Shown piece by piece: positions 18,786-28,437 of a DNA stretch of 64,000 bases. The notes under the pieces were generated by a model. It saw nothing but the letters and a program-made list of their open reading frames with translations, did not search any database and had not been told where the DNA came from. The position numbers and the translations under genes were made by a program. Positions within the stretch are counted from its first letter, which is position 1. The number at the start of each line of letters is the position of its first letter. Source of the stretch: a bacterium (GTDB taxonomy: Bacteria > Hydrothermota > Tepidihabitantia > Tepidihabitantales > Tepidihabitantaceae). The stretch lies in NCBI GenBank assembly GCA_046485285.1, contig JAWOHE010000089.1, forward strand, positions 1-64,000, read 5' to 3'.

Positions 18786-21215
18786 ATGGCGAGCAAACCT
18801 GCGGCCGCGAAGAAGAGTCCGAAGGCGAAGCCGGCGGCGCGGGGCGTGAAGCCTGCGGCCCGGCGCGCGAAGCCGACCCCGGCGTCGGACCGGGGCGGCG
18901 AGCTGGTCATCGTCGAGTCGCCGGCCAAGGCGCGGACGATTGCCCGGTTCCTGGGCAGTGGGTTCAACGTGCTGTCGTCGATGGGCCACATCGCCGACCT
19001 GCCCCGGAAGGGGATGGCGGTGGACATCGAGCACGGGTTCGAGCCCGAGTACGTCGTCGGCCCGGAGAAGAAGAAGACCGTCGCCGAGCTGCGCCGGGCG
19101 GCGGCCGGGGCGAAGCGGGTCTGGCTTGCGACCGACGAGGACCGCGAGGGCGAGGCGATTGCCTGGCACCTGGCGCGGCTGCTCAGGCTGCCGGACGGGG
19201 TCGCCGGCCGAATCGTCTTCCACGAGATCACCGAGGGCGCGATCCGGGAGGCGCTGGCGAGCCCGCGGGCGGTGGACCAGCACCTGGTCGACGCCCAGCA
19301 GGCGCGGCGGGTGCTGGACCGGCTGGTCGGCTACGAGTTGTCGCCGGTGCTGTGGAAGAAGGTGCGGAGCGGGCTGTCGGCGGGCCGGGTGCAGTCGGTG
19401 GCGGTGCGGCTGGTCGTCGAGCGGGAGCGGGAGATCGACCGGTTCAGGCCCGAGGTGAGTTTCAAGACGACCGGCGAGTTCGAGGCGGAGACCGGCGCGG
19501 CGCGGGTGAGCGCGAAGCTGGACACCGATTTCGCGGACGAGGCGGCGGCGCGGGAGTTCCTGGCCCGGGCCACGGGCGCCGACTTCGCGGTCGCGGCGGT
19601 CGAGAAGAAGCCGGCGAAGCGGTCGCCGCGGCCGCCGTTCACGACCTCGACGCTCCAGCAGGAGGCGTCGCAGAAACTGGGGTTGAGCGTCCGGCAGACG
19701 ATGCGGCTGGCCCAGCGGCTGTACGAGGCCGGGCACATCACCTACATGCGGACCGACTCGGTGACGCTGGCCGAGGTCGCGCTGGCCGAGGCGGCCGAGG
19801 TGGTTACCCGGCAGTTCGGCCGGGAGTACGCCCACCGGCGGCAGTTCAAGACGAAGACCCGGAGCGCGCAGGAGGCGCACGAGGCGATCCGGCCGACGAG
19901 CTTCCGGCGCGAGCAGGTCGAGGGCGAGCGGTCGGAGCAGAAGCTCTACGAGCTGATCTGGCGGCGGGCGCTGGCGTCGCAGATGGCCGACGCGCGGGTC
20001 GAGCGGACGACGGTGACGATCGTCGGGCGGCGGAAGGCGGGCGGCGAGCTGGCGGAGCGGTTCCTCGCGAAGGGCGAGGTCATCCTGTTCAAGGGCTTCC
20101 TCGCGGCGTACGACGCGGGTAGCGACGAGGACGAGGAGAGCCGGGAGCTGCCGCCGCTCGAGCAGGGTCATGTCCTCCGGCCGGTCGAGATCACGGCGCG
20201 GGAGAGCTTCGCGCGGCCGCCGGCGCGGTTCACCGAGGCGAGCCTGGTGAAGCGGCTGGAGGAGCTCGGCATCGGCCGGCCCTCGACCTACGCTCCGACG
20301 ATCGCGACGGTGCAGGAGCGGGGCTATGTCGATAAGCGTAGCCAGGAGGGTCGCGAGCGGCAGTACCGGGTGCTGACGCTGGCCGGCGGCAGGGTCGCCG
20401 CCGAGACCCGGACCGAGACGATCGGGACCGAGAAGGCGAAGCTGTTCCCGACCGACGTCGCCGGGCTGGTGACCGATTTCCTCGTCGGGCAATTCCGGGA
20501 GGTTGTCGACTACGACTTCACCGCCCGGGTCGAGGAGGAGCTGGACGAGGTCGCGGCCGGGAGCAAGGACTGGCGGCAGATGGTCGGCGAGTTCTACCAG
20601 CCGTTCCATGCCGACGTCGAGAAGGCCGGGGCCCTGACGCGGGCCGAGGTCGCACGGTCGCGCGAGCTCGGAACCGACCCGGCGACCGGCCGGCCGGTGT
20701 CGGCCCGGCTCGGGCCGTATGGGCCGTTCGTCCAGCTCGGGACGAAGGACGACGAGGAGAAGCCGAGGTTTGCGAGCCTGCGGCCGGGCCAGCGGTTGGA
20801 CTCGGTGACGCTCGAGGAGGCGCTCGAGCTGTTCAAGCTGCCGCGCAAGGTCGGCCGGACGCCGGAGGGCGAGGAGATAATCGCAAGCTTCGGGCGGTTC
20901 GGGCCGTACCTCCGGTACGGCAAGAGCTATGTTTCGCTCAAGGAGCACGACCCGGTGAAGATAACCGCGGCCGAGGCGGAAGCGCTCGTCACCGCGGCCC
21001 GGGAGCGGGCGGCGCGCCAGCTCGTCCGGGAGTTCCCGGAGGAGGGCATCCGGGTGCTGGTCGGCCGCTACGGGCCGTATGTCAGCGACGGGAAGAAGAA
21101 CGCGAAGGTGCCGAAGAACGCCGACCCGGCGAAGCTCTCGCTCGAGGAATGCCGGGAGCTGCTGAAGTCGGCGGGGCGACGGAAGCGGACGGCCCGGCGG
21201 CCGCGCGGGAGGTAG
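18786..21215 (+). CDS. topA: DNA topoisomerase I
   Basis: LVIVESPAKA, ATDEDREGE, SAGRVQS, GHITYMRTDS, AQEAHEAIRPT, C-terminal GRYGPY repeats. Confidence 0.97.
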   Translation: MASKPAAAKKSPKAKPAARGVKPAARRAKPTPASDRGGELVIVESPAKARTIARFLGSGFNVLSSMGHIADLPRKGMAVDIEHGFEPEYVVGPEKKKTVAELRRAAAGAKRVWLATDEDREGEAIAWHLARLLRLPDGVAGRIVFHEITEGAIREALASPRAVDQHLVDAQQARRVLDRLVGYELSPVLWKKVRSGLSAGRVQSVAVRLVVEREREIDRFRPEVSFKTTGEFEAETGAARVSAKLDTDFADEAAAREFLARATGADFAVAAVEKKPAKRSPRPPFTTSTLQQEASQKLGLSVRQTMRLAQRLYEAGHITYMRTDSVTLAEVALAEAAEVVTRQFGREYAHRRQFKTKTRSAQEAHEAIRPTSFRREQVEGERSEQKLYELIWRRALASQMADARVERTTVTIVGRRKAGGELAERFLAKGEVILFKGFLAAYDAGSDEDEESRELPPLEQGHVLRPVEITARESFARPPARFTEASLVKRLEELGIGRPSTYAPTIATVQERGYVDKRSQEGRERQYRVLTLAGGRVAAETRTETIGTEKAKLFPTDVAGLVTDFLVGQFREVVDYDFTARVEEELDEVAAGSKDWRQMVGEFYQPFHADVEKAGALTRAEVARSRELGTDPATGRPVSARLGPYGPFVQLGTKDDEEKPRFASLRPGQRLDSVTLEEALELFKLPRKVGRTPEGEEIIASFGRFGPYLRYGKSYVSLKEHDPVKITAAEAEALVTAARERAARQLVREFPEEGIRVLVGRYGPYVSDGKKNAKVPKNADPAKLSLEECRELLKSAGRRKRTARRPRGR

Positions 21216-21217
21216 CG

Positions 21218-21649
21218 ATGGAGGCGAGAGACTGCGGGCGGTTCTGGCTGCTCCGGCTGGCGATCGGTGAGGACGTCGTCGAGGTCCTGCCGCGCTTCGT
21301 CCGCGAGCAGGGCATCGGCTCCGGGCTCATCCAGGGGCTCGGGGCGGCGGACGAGGTCGAACTCGGGCTCTACGACCTCGCGACGCGCAGCTACCACCGC
21401 CGGACGTTCACCGGCGACTGCGAGATTGTCGCGCTGACCGGCAACATCGCCTGGGACGGCGATAACCCGGTCTGTCACCTGCACTGCGTCATCAGCGACG
21501 AGACGCTGGCGGCGCACGGCGGGCACCTGTACCGGGCCCGGGTGTCGGTGACCTGCGAGGTCGCGGTCATCCCGGGCGAGGGGCGGCTCGATCGGGTGCC
21601 GGACGAGCGGACCGGGCTCAAGCTGCTCGACCTCGGACCGGGCGCCTGA
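21218..21649 (+). CDS. PPC/DUF296 domain protein
   Basis: EIVALTGNI, HLHC, GGHL. Confidence 0.9.
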   Translation: MEARDCGRFWLLRLAIGEDVVEVLPRFVREQGIGSGLIQGLGAADEVELGLYDLATRSYHRRTFTGDCEIVALTGNIAWDGDNPVCHLHCVISDETLAAHGGHLYRARVSVTCEVAVIPGEGRLDRVPDERTGLKLLDLGPGA

Positions 21650-21803
21650 CCGCCACCCGCCTTGACTTGGCGGGGCGCCCGGATACACTTAGCGACGGCC
21701 TCGCGGGGTCACGGGTCCGTGCGCGCCCGGGCGGGCGGCCCGCGACCCCGAGAGTGACCGGCCCTTAAAAATGTTCGGCCGGCTTCCGGCCGGAGGAGGA
21801 CAG

Positions 21804-22052
21804 ATGGCCCTGATAGACGATGTCAAGAACATCATCGTCGAGCAGCTCCACGTGACGCCCGAGAAGGTGACCGAAAGCGCCAACTTCGTCGACGACCTCG
21901 GCGCGGACTCGCTCGACATCGTCGAGCTGGTGATGGCGTTCGAGGAGAAGTTCGCTGTCGAGATACCGGACGAGGACTCGCAGCAGCTCGTCACCGTCGG
22001 CAAGGCGGTGGAGTACCTCGGCAAGAAGCTGGCAGAGAAGGGCAGCAGCTGA
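21804..22052 (+). CDS. acpP: Acyl carrier protein
   Basis: [20 protein letters not shown]. Confidence 0.97.
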   Translation: MALIDDVKNIIVEQLHVTPEKVTESANFVDDLGADSLDIVELVMAFEEKFAVEIPDEDSQQLVTVGKAVEYLGKKLAEKGSS

Positions 22053-22053
22053 C

Positions 22054-23292
22054 GTGCGGCGCAGGGCAGTCGTAACCGGCCTCGGGCTCGTATCCGCGGT
22101 CGGCAACGACGTCCCGACGACCTGGCAGAGCCTGCTCGCGGGCCGGACCGGCGTGGCGCGCATCACCGGCTTCGACCTCACCGACATGGCGGTGACGATC
22201 GGGGCCGAGGTCAAGGACTTCGACCCCGGCCGGCGGGTCGACCCGAAGGTCGCCCGGCGCTCGGACCGGTTCACCCAGTTCGCGCTCTACGCGGCGGCCG
22301 AGGCGATCGAGGACTCCGGGCTCGACCTCGGCCGGGAGGACCGCAGCCGGGTCGGCGCGATCGTCGGGTCGGGGATGGGCGGGGTCCAGACCTGGGAGAG
22401 CCAGTTCGCCCAGTTCGTCGCGAAGGGGCCGAAGCGGGTTTCGCCGCTGCTCATCCCGATGATGATCCCGGACATGGCCGCGGGCCAGATTTCGATCAGC
22501 TACGGCCTGCGGGGCGTGAATTTCTGCACGACCTCGGCCTGTGCCTCGGGCGCGCACGCGGTCGGCGAGGCGTTCCGGCACATCGTCCACGATGACGTCG
22601 ACGTCGTAATCGCGGGCGGCAGCGAGGCGGCGGTGACCCGGTTCACGGTCTCGGCGTTCGCGAACATGGGCGCGCTGTCGAAGCGCAACGACGAGCCGGA
22701 GAAGGCGTCGCGGCCGTTCGACCGGGACCGGGACGGCTTCGTCATCGCCGAGGGCTGCGGCATCTGCGTCATCGAGGAGCTCGAGCACGCCCGGGCCCGC
22801 GGGGCCCGGATCTACGGTGAGGTCGCGGGTTACGGCGCGACCGGCGACGGGCACCACATCACCGCGCCGGACCCGGACGGGCTGGGCGCGATCGACGTGA
22901 TGCGGCGCGCGCTGGCCGAGGCCGGGCTCGCGCCGGCCGACGTCCAGTACGTCAACGCCCACGGCACCTCGACCCCGCTCAACGACGCGACCGAGGTGAA
23001 GGCAATCGCGGCGGTGTTCGGCGGCCACGCGAAGAAGCTGGCGGTGAACTCTTCGAAGTCGATGCTCGGGCACGGGCTCGGCTCGGCGGGCGCGATGGAG
23101 CTGATGATAACGCTCAAGTCGCTGGCCGAGGGCCGGGTGCACCGGACGGTGAACTGCGATAACCCAGACGAGGGCGTCGAGCTCGACTTCGTCACCGACG
23201 GGCCGCGGGAGCTCGACATCCGGGCGGCGATTTCGAACTCGTTCGGGTTCGGCGGCCACAACAGCTGCATCGCGGTGCGCCGCCTCGACTAG
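22054..23292 (+). CDS. fabF: Beta-ketoacyl-ACP synthase II
   Basis: TSACASG, YVNAHGTSTP, KSMLGH, SNSFGFGGHN. Confidence 0.96.
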   Translation: MRRRAVVTGLGLVSAVGNDVPTTWQSLLAGRTGVARITGFDLTDMAVTIGAEVKDFDPGRRVDPKVARRSDRFTQFALYAAAEAIEDSGLDLGREDRSRVGAIVGSGMGGVQTWESQFAQFVAKGPKRVSPLLIPMMIPDMAAGQISISYGLRGVNFCTTSACASGAHAVGEAFRHIVHDDVDVVIAGGSEAAVTRFTVSAFANMGALSKRNDEPEKASRPFDRDRDGFVIAEGCGICVIEELEHARARGARIYGEVAGYGATGDGHHITAPDPDGLGAIDVMRRALAEAGLAPADVQYVNAHGTSTPLNDATEVKAIAAVFGGHAKKLAVNSSKSMLGHGLGSAGAMELMITLKSLAEGRVHRTVNCDNPDEGVELDFVTDGPRELDIRAAISNSFGFGGHNSCIAVRRLD

Positions 23293-23304
23293 CCGGGAGG
23301 CAGG

Positions 23305-24093
23305 GTGAAGCTCGCGGTATGCCTGAAACAGGTCCCCTCGACCGAGACCAAGGTCCGGGTTAACACCCGGATCGGACGGGTCGACCTGTCCGAGGTCGAG
23401 TGGGTCATCAACCCCTACGACGAGTATGCCATCGAGACCGCGTTGCGGCTCAAGGAGCAGCTCGGCGACTCGACGGTGACGGCGGTGACGCTCGGACCGG
23501 AGCGGGCCCGGACCGCGCTCAAGACGGCGCTGGCGATGGGCGCGGACGAAGCGGTCCACGTCCTCGACGACGCGGCCGAGGAGTACGACTTTCTGGCCCG
23601 GGGCCGGTTGCTGGCCGCGGCGCTTGAGTCCGTCGGGCAGTTCGACGTCGTGCTCTGCGGCAAGCAGGCGGTCGACGACGACCTGGCGGCGGTGCCGCAG
23701 GCGGTCGCGCACTTCCTCGACTATCCGCACGTCGCGGTCGTCCCGCATGTCGAGCTCGAGGCGGGCGCGACCGAGGCGACCTGCCACCGCGAGGTCGAGG
23801 GCGCGACCGAGATAGTCAAGGTCCGGCTGCCGTGCCTGGTGACGATCCAGAAGGGGAGCTATGAGCCGCGCTACCCGACGCTCAAGGGGATGATGGCGGC
23901 GAAGAAGAAAGACATCCCGGTCCGAACTGTCGCCGACCTCGGGCTCGACCCGCAGGCGCTCGGCCGCGGGCCGGAGGTCGCCGGCGATGGGCTGCCGCCG
24001 GGCCGGAAGCCGGGGATGAAGCTCGAGAGCGAGCCGGCCGATGCGGCCCGCGAGCTGGTCCGGCTGCTGACCGAGGAAGCCAAGGTGCTGTAG
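23305..24093 (+). CDS. etfB: Electron transfer flavoprotein beta subunit
   Basis: VCLKQVP, INPYDEYAIE, ALAMGAD, EPRYPTLKGMMAAKKK. Confidence 0.95.
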   Translation: MKLAVCLKQVPSTETKVRVNTRIGRVDLSEVEWVINPYDEYAIETALRLKEQLGDSTVTAVTLGPERARTALKTALAMGADEAVHVLDDAAEEYDFLARGRLLAAALESVGQFDVVLCGKQAVDDDLAAVPQAVAHFLDYPHVAVVPHVELEAGATEATCHREVEGATEIVKVRLPCLVTIQKGSYEPRYPTLKGMMAAKKKDIPVRTVADLGLDPQALGRGPEVAGDGLPPGRKPGMKLESEPADAARELVRLLTEEAKVL

Positions 24094-24095
24094 CG

Positions 24096-24764
24096 ATGTT
24101 TGACCGCAAGCTGAACCAGGAACGGCTCGTTGTCGGAATCGGCGGGCAGAGCGGCGCGGGCAAGACGACGATCGTCAGCGAGCTGCGCCGGTTCGGGTCG
24201 AAGGTCATCGACGCGGACACGATCGGCCAGTCGCTGTTGAAGAAGGACGCCCCGGAGTACCGGAAGCTGGTTAAGGCCTTTGGCGCGGGTATCGTCAGCC
24301 GGGGCGGGCAGATCGACCGGCGGCTGCTGGCCGAGAAGGCGTTCGCGTCCCAGACCGCGCTCAGGAAGCTCAACGCGATAACCCACCCGGCGATAATGGC
24401 GCGGATCTGCGCCGAGCTCGCGCGCACGCGGAAGGGGCTGGTCATCGTCGACGCCGCGCTCCTGTTCACGGTCGGGCTGGACAAGGATATGGACGTCGCG
24501 ATTCTCGTCACCGCCCCCGAGCGGCTGAAGGTCAAGCGGCTGGTGAGCGCCGGGCTGTCGCGCGAGGAGGCGGCGCGCCGGCTGAAGATGCAGGAGCCGG
24601 ACGCGAAGGTGTGGCGGCGGGCCGACTTCGTGCTTGAAAACAAGGGCTCGCTGGCCGAGCTCAAGCGCAAGGCCCGCGCGCTCTGGAACTTCTTCTACAG
24701 CGCCCGGTTCCAGAACATCCTGCCCGAGAACGGGCACTGCCGGAAGACCGCCGGCCGGAAGTGA
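24096..24764 (+). CDS. coaE: Dephospho-CoA kinase
   Basis: GIGGQSGAGKTT, IDAD, IDRRLL, LNAITHPAI. Confidence 0.92.
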   Translation: MFDRKLNQERLVVGIGGQSGAGKTTIVSELRRFGSKVIDADTIGQSLLKKDAPEYRKLVKAFGAGIVSRGGQIDRRLLAEKAFASQTALRKLNAITHPAIMARICAELARTRKGLVIVDAALLFTVGLDKDMDVAILVTAPERLKVKRLVSAGLSREEAARRLKMQEPDAKVWRRADFVLENKGSLAELKRKARALWNFFYSARFQNILPENGHCRKTAGRK

Positions 24765-25834
24765 AGCTCGTCCAGGTCCCGCTCCGGGACATCGAGCTCA
24801 AGGACGGCCTGGTCGAGGCGGTCACCCCCTACATCCTCGAGTACCGCGAGGCGGAGGACCTCGCCCGGGACGCGTTCGCGACCTGTCGGGCGGTGGTCAA
24901 CGCGGCGGCGGACGGGCTCGGCGAGCGGGTCCGCGAGGCGAACGCGGACTCCTGGGACATCCTTGCCGGGGGCGCGCGGATCGGCCGGTTCCACGCGGTC
25001 TACGATGTCGACGAGACCCGGCTCGGGTTCGAGTTCGCGGCGGCGGACGCGACCCGGTTCTACCGCCTGCTCCGGCAGCAGCGGATCGTCAGGCCCGACC
25101 TGCTGGCGGTGCGGCGGACGATGGCCGGCAACCTTGCCGAGACGGTGGCGGCGGTGCTGTGGCAGATCGGCGCGATCAAGGTCAGCCTCGGCGACATCTC
25201 GCCGCTCTTCCACGTCGATATGCGGCGCAACCGCAGCCCGATTTACGTCGACGTCAAGGGCCTGGCCAGCTACCCGGAGGTCAACGACTTCGTGCTCGGC
25301 TCGGCGGCCCTGCTGTTGCGCAACATCCGGTTCGACGCGATCTGCGGCATCGAGGCGGGCTCGATCGGCCTCGCGGCCAATCTCGCCCAGCGACTGTGCA
25401 AGCCGATGTTCTTCGCCCGGCGCGAGCAGCGCTACCCGGAGGCGAGTCCGTTCGAGGGAGTCAAGAGCCACGAGCTCTTCCGCAAGAAGGTCCTGCTGGT
25501 CGACGACACGCTCGTCCACGGCTGGACCAAGGCGCGGGTCGTCCGGGAAATCCGGACCTGGGGCGGGGAAATCGACGCCTGCTTCGTCGTCTTCGACCGG
25601 CGGCAGGGCGGGGAGAAGGACCTCGCCGCGCTCGGGGTCCAGCTCTGGTTCCTGACCGACCGGGCGGCGGCGCTGTCGCCGAAGGTGCCGCGCGAGATCA
25701 GCCTTCTGACCGACACCGAGGCGCGCGAGGTGGACGAGTACTTCGCCGACCCGGCGGCGTGGCACGCGCGCCACGGGCTCGAGTACCACCGGATCGAGCC
25801 GCCCGATGCCCTGCTCCGGCCGCCGCGCGGCTGA
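24761..25834 (+). CDS. Orotate phosphoribosyltransferase-like PRTase with N-terminal extension
   Basis: SPIYVD, ICGIEAGSI, VLLVDD, VVFDR.QGG. Confidence 0.75.
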   Translation: MKLVQVPLRDIELKDGLVEAVTPYILEYREAEDLARDAFATCRAVVNAAADGLGERVREANADSWDILAGGARIGRFHAVYDVDETRLGFEFAAADATRFYRLLRQQRIVRPDLLAVRRTMAGNLAETVAAVLWQIGAIKVSLGDISPLFHVDMRRNRSPIYVDVKGLASYPEVNDFVLGSAALLLRNIRFDAICGIEAGSIGLAANLAQRLCKPMFFARREQRYPEASPFEGVKSHELFRKKVLLVDDTLVHGWTKARVVREIRTWGGEIDACFVVFDRRQGGEKDLAALGVQLWFLTDRAAALSPKVPREISLLTDTEAREVDEYFADPAAWHARHGLEYHRIEPPDALLRPPRG

Positions 25835-25867
25835 CGCCGGGCCGGCGATGGGCGCGGCGCTGGCGCG

Positions 25868-26818
25868 ATGACCGAATCCCACGGCGTCTGGGCCGACCGC
25901 GACTCCCTGCTCGTCCGCACGCCCGGGTTCGGGCTCATCTTCGAGCGGGTCGCGGGCCTGCTCTCGGCCGCGCTGGTCCGGATCGAGTCGGGCGAGACGG
26001 CGCTTGTCTTCGAGACCCGAGCGCTAGCGCTGTTCGACCCGGCCGCGAGCCGGGCGGTGCTCAGGGCGAAGGACCCGGAGGCGGGGAACGATCTCGTCTT
26101 CGACAACGACATCGAGGGCGAGCTCGAGCTGGGCCGGGTCGAGCTCGACGTCGCGGTGACGGCCGAGGGTATCGCGCTCGGGCGGGGCGGCCGAACCGTC
26201 GAGCGGCTGGCCTGCGACCGGCTCGAACTCATCCTGCCCTCGGGCCGGGCGGCGGCGCTGGTTCGGCTCGAGCAGGTCGAGGCCGGGCCGAAGCGCCCGG
26301 CGGCGGAGCTGGCGGACGGAGTCGACCGGTGCCTGCAGGCGTGGGCTCTCGGGACCGGGATCTACCGGAGCCCGGACGGCATCTTCCGGAGCCTGACGAT
26401 CGGCACCAACCGGTTCAGCTTCGGCTTCAGCTACGGCGCGGTCGAGGACACCGACATCCTCCACGTCCGCGCGGCGCGGGTGCGGGCGACCGAGGCAGGC
26501 ACCGCGTTCGCGCCGGTGGCGCGGCTGTTTGCGCGCGGGGACCGGGTGGCGGTCGCCGCGGCCGAGGACTTCACGGCCTCGGCCGTCCCGGACTTCGAGC
26601 CGGACCCGGCCGGCTTCGACTCCGGCGCCGGGGCGCCACCGGCCGGCGAGCTCGCACCCGAGTGGTGGCGGGTCACCGCGGTGGAGCCGGATGGCATCAC
26701 CCTCGAGTCGCGGTCCGGCGGCCGGTACCGGCTGGCACGGCCGGCGCCGGGCAACCCGGCGCTGGTCGAGTGGTTCAGGTTCGGCGACTACCGGGCGGCG
26801 GGCCGCCGGCCCCAGTAG
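25868..26818 (+). CDS. Hypothetical protein
   Basis: Long ORF in operon orientation with typical codon usage. Confidence 0.6.
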   Translation: MTESHGVWADRDSLLVRTPGFGLIFERVAGLLSAALVRIESGETALVFETRALALFDPAASRAVLRAKDPEAGNDLVFDNDIEGELELGRVELDVAVTAEGIALGRGGRTVERLACDRLELILPSGRAAALVRLEQVEAGPKRPAAELADGVDRCLQAWALGTGIYRSPDGIFRSLTIGTNRFSFGFSYGAVEDTDILHVRAARVRATEAGTAFAPVARLFARGDRVAVAAAEDFTASAVPDFEPDPAGFDSGAGAPPAGELAPEWWRVTAVEPDGITLESRSGGRYRLARPAPGNPALVEWFRFGDYRAAGRRPQ

Positions 26819-27399
26819 CGCCGGACCCGGGCCCGGTAGCGGCGGTAGGAACCCCCGAAGCGTTCCTCGAGGAAGCGTTCCTCGCGCAGCGCCTCGAAGT
26901 GGAGGAGCAGGTTGACCGCGAGCCAGAACCCGAGGAGCAGCGGCCGGCCCTCGACGAGGAACGTCCCGAGCAGGTAGAGGCAGAGGAACAGGTAGATGGG
27001 ATGGCGCGAGCGGGCGTAGATGCCGGCGGTGACCAGCGCGCCGGGGTGGCGCTCGTCGATGCCGAGCCGCCAGTTGTCGCCGAGCGCGCGGTGGGCGAGG
27101 ACGTTGAGCGCGAAGCCGGCCGCGATGAGGACGAGACCGGCAACGCGGACCGGCAGCGGGCTCCAGAGCCGGGCGTCGAGCGGGGGCAGGAGCGCCCGGC
27201 CGCCGGCGGGCAGAGCGTACCAGAGGACGAGCAGCGCCCAGCACCAAGTCACGATGAAGCTGACCAGCGCAAGCCGGCTCGCCCGGCCGGGCGCGATGGC
27301 GTTAACGCGGGCACGCCGGCGCAGGCGGACCGAGCGGTACGAGGCCAGGCCGATGAAGAGACCGAGGCCGGCGAGCTGGGTGGCGGCGAAGAGGCTCAC
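26788..27399 (-). CDS. Isoprenylcysteine carboxyl methyltransferase (ICMT/PEMT) family membrane protein
   Basis: LGDNWRLGID, LVTAGIYARSRHPIY, EERFLEERFG..Y..Y; start uncertain. Confidence 0.9.
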   Translation of the reverse strand: MSLFAATQLAGLGLFIGLASYRSVRLRRRARVNAIAPGRASRLALVSFIVTWCWALLVLWYALPAGGRALLPPLDARLWSPLPVRVAGLVLIAAGFALNVLAHRALGDNWRLGIDERHPGALVTAGIYARSRHPIYLFLCLYLLGTFLVEGRPLLLGFWLAVNLLLHFEALREERFLEERFGGSYRRYRARVRRYWGRRPAAR

Positions 27400-27484
27400 G
27401 AACGCTGATTGTAGGGTCCGCCGGCAGAACCGCAAACCCGGTGATTTTGACTTGCCGCGGGGCGGCCGCTAGACTAGACCGGCA

Positions 27485-28102
27485 ATGTTGCTGCAGACTC
27501 CCGCCACCCGGATGGCGATGATGAAGCTCAAGCGCCGGCTGGCGATGGCGCGGCGCGGGCACAAGCTGCTCAAGGACAAGCAGGAGGAACTGCTGCGCCA
27601 GATTCTCCTGCTTGTCGACGGCATCCGCGCCCACCGGGAGAAAGTCGAGCGCGAGACCGGCCGGCTGCTGGCCCGGTTCGCGGTGGCGCGCAACACCTTC
27701 GAGCCGGAGGACCTGGACGTGGCGGTGATGTTGCCGACGAAGCGGGTCACGGTCGAGGTGACGACCCGCAACATCCTGAACATCAAGGTGCCGGTGTTCC
27801 GGAAGGAGATTTCCGGCCGGACCCGGTGCTACGGGTTCGCGACGACCTCGGCCGAGCTCGACCTCGCGCTGCTGTCGCTCGACGACCTGCTCGACTCGCT
27901 GCTCGAGCTGGCCGAGAAGGAGAAGACGCTGGAACTGCTCGCCGAGGAGCTCGAGAAAACCCGGCGCCGGGTGAACGCGCTCGAGTTCGTGCTGATCCCC
28001 GACATCGAGGCGACGGTGAAGCACATCACGCTGAAGCTGGCCGAGGACGAGCGGGGGGCGCTGACGCGGTTGATGCGGGTGAAGGAGATCATCCGGCAGT
28101 GA
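27485..28102 (+). CDS. V/A-type ATP synthase subunit D
   Basis: ARRGHKLLKDK, KTRRRVNALE.VLIP. Confidence 0.95.
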   Translation: MLLQTPATRMAMMKLKRRLAMARRGHKLLKDKQEELLRQILLLVDGIRAHREKVERETGRLLARFAVARNTFEPEDLDVAVMLPTKRVTVEVTTRNILNIKVPVFRKEISGRTRCYGFATTSAELDLALLSLDDLLDSLLELAEKEKTLELLAEELEKTRRRVNALEFVLIPDIEATVKHITLKLAEDERGALTRLMRVKEIIRQ

Positions 28103-28437
28103 GGCGCGGGCGGCGTGCGGCCTGGGCGCTGTTCATCGCCTGGACGGTGCTGACCTGCGTGGCCCTGCTCCTGCCGTTCGACCTGTCCCGGCCGATCGTC
28201 GGCCGCGGATTCGACAAGGTCGCCCACACCGCGATGTTCACCGCGCTCGGTGCGCTGGCCCAGACCGCCCTGCCCTGGGCCTCGCTGCTTTTCACCCTGC
28301 CGCTGGCGGCCGGCCTCGAGCACGCCCAGCGGTTCGTGCCCCGCCGCGAGTTCAACCGCGTCGACCTTTACGCCAACCTCATCGGGGCCGCGCTCGGCGC
28401 GCTGCTGGCCGAGGGCGCGTGGCGGTTGCGGCGATGA
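28099..28437 (+). CDS. VanZ-family membrane protein
   Basis: DKVAH, E.AQ.FVP.R, DLYANLIG; GTG overlaps the upstream stop. Confidence 0.85.
   Translation: MRRGRRAAWALFIAWTVLTCVALLLPFDLSRPIVGRGFDKVAHTAMFTALGALAQTALPWASLLFTLPLAAGLEHAQRFVPRREFNRVDLYANLIGAALGALLAEGAWRLRR

Noticed and set aside
18348-20948. N-terminal 867 aa of the 1514-aa minus ORF
   Set aside because: Antisense to topA; the real start is ATG 18347 with RBS and signal peptide
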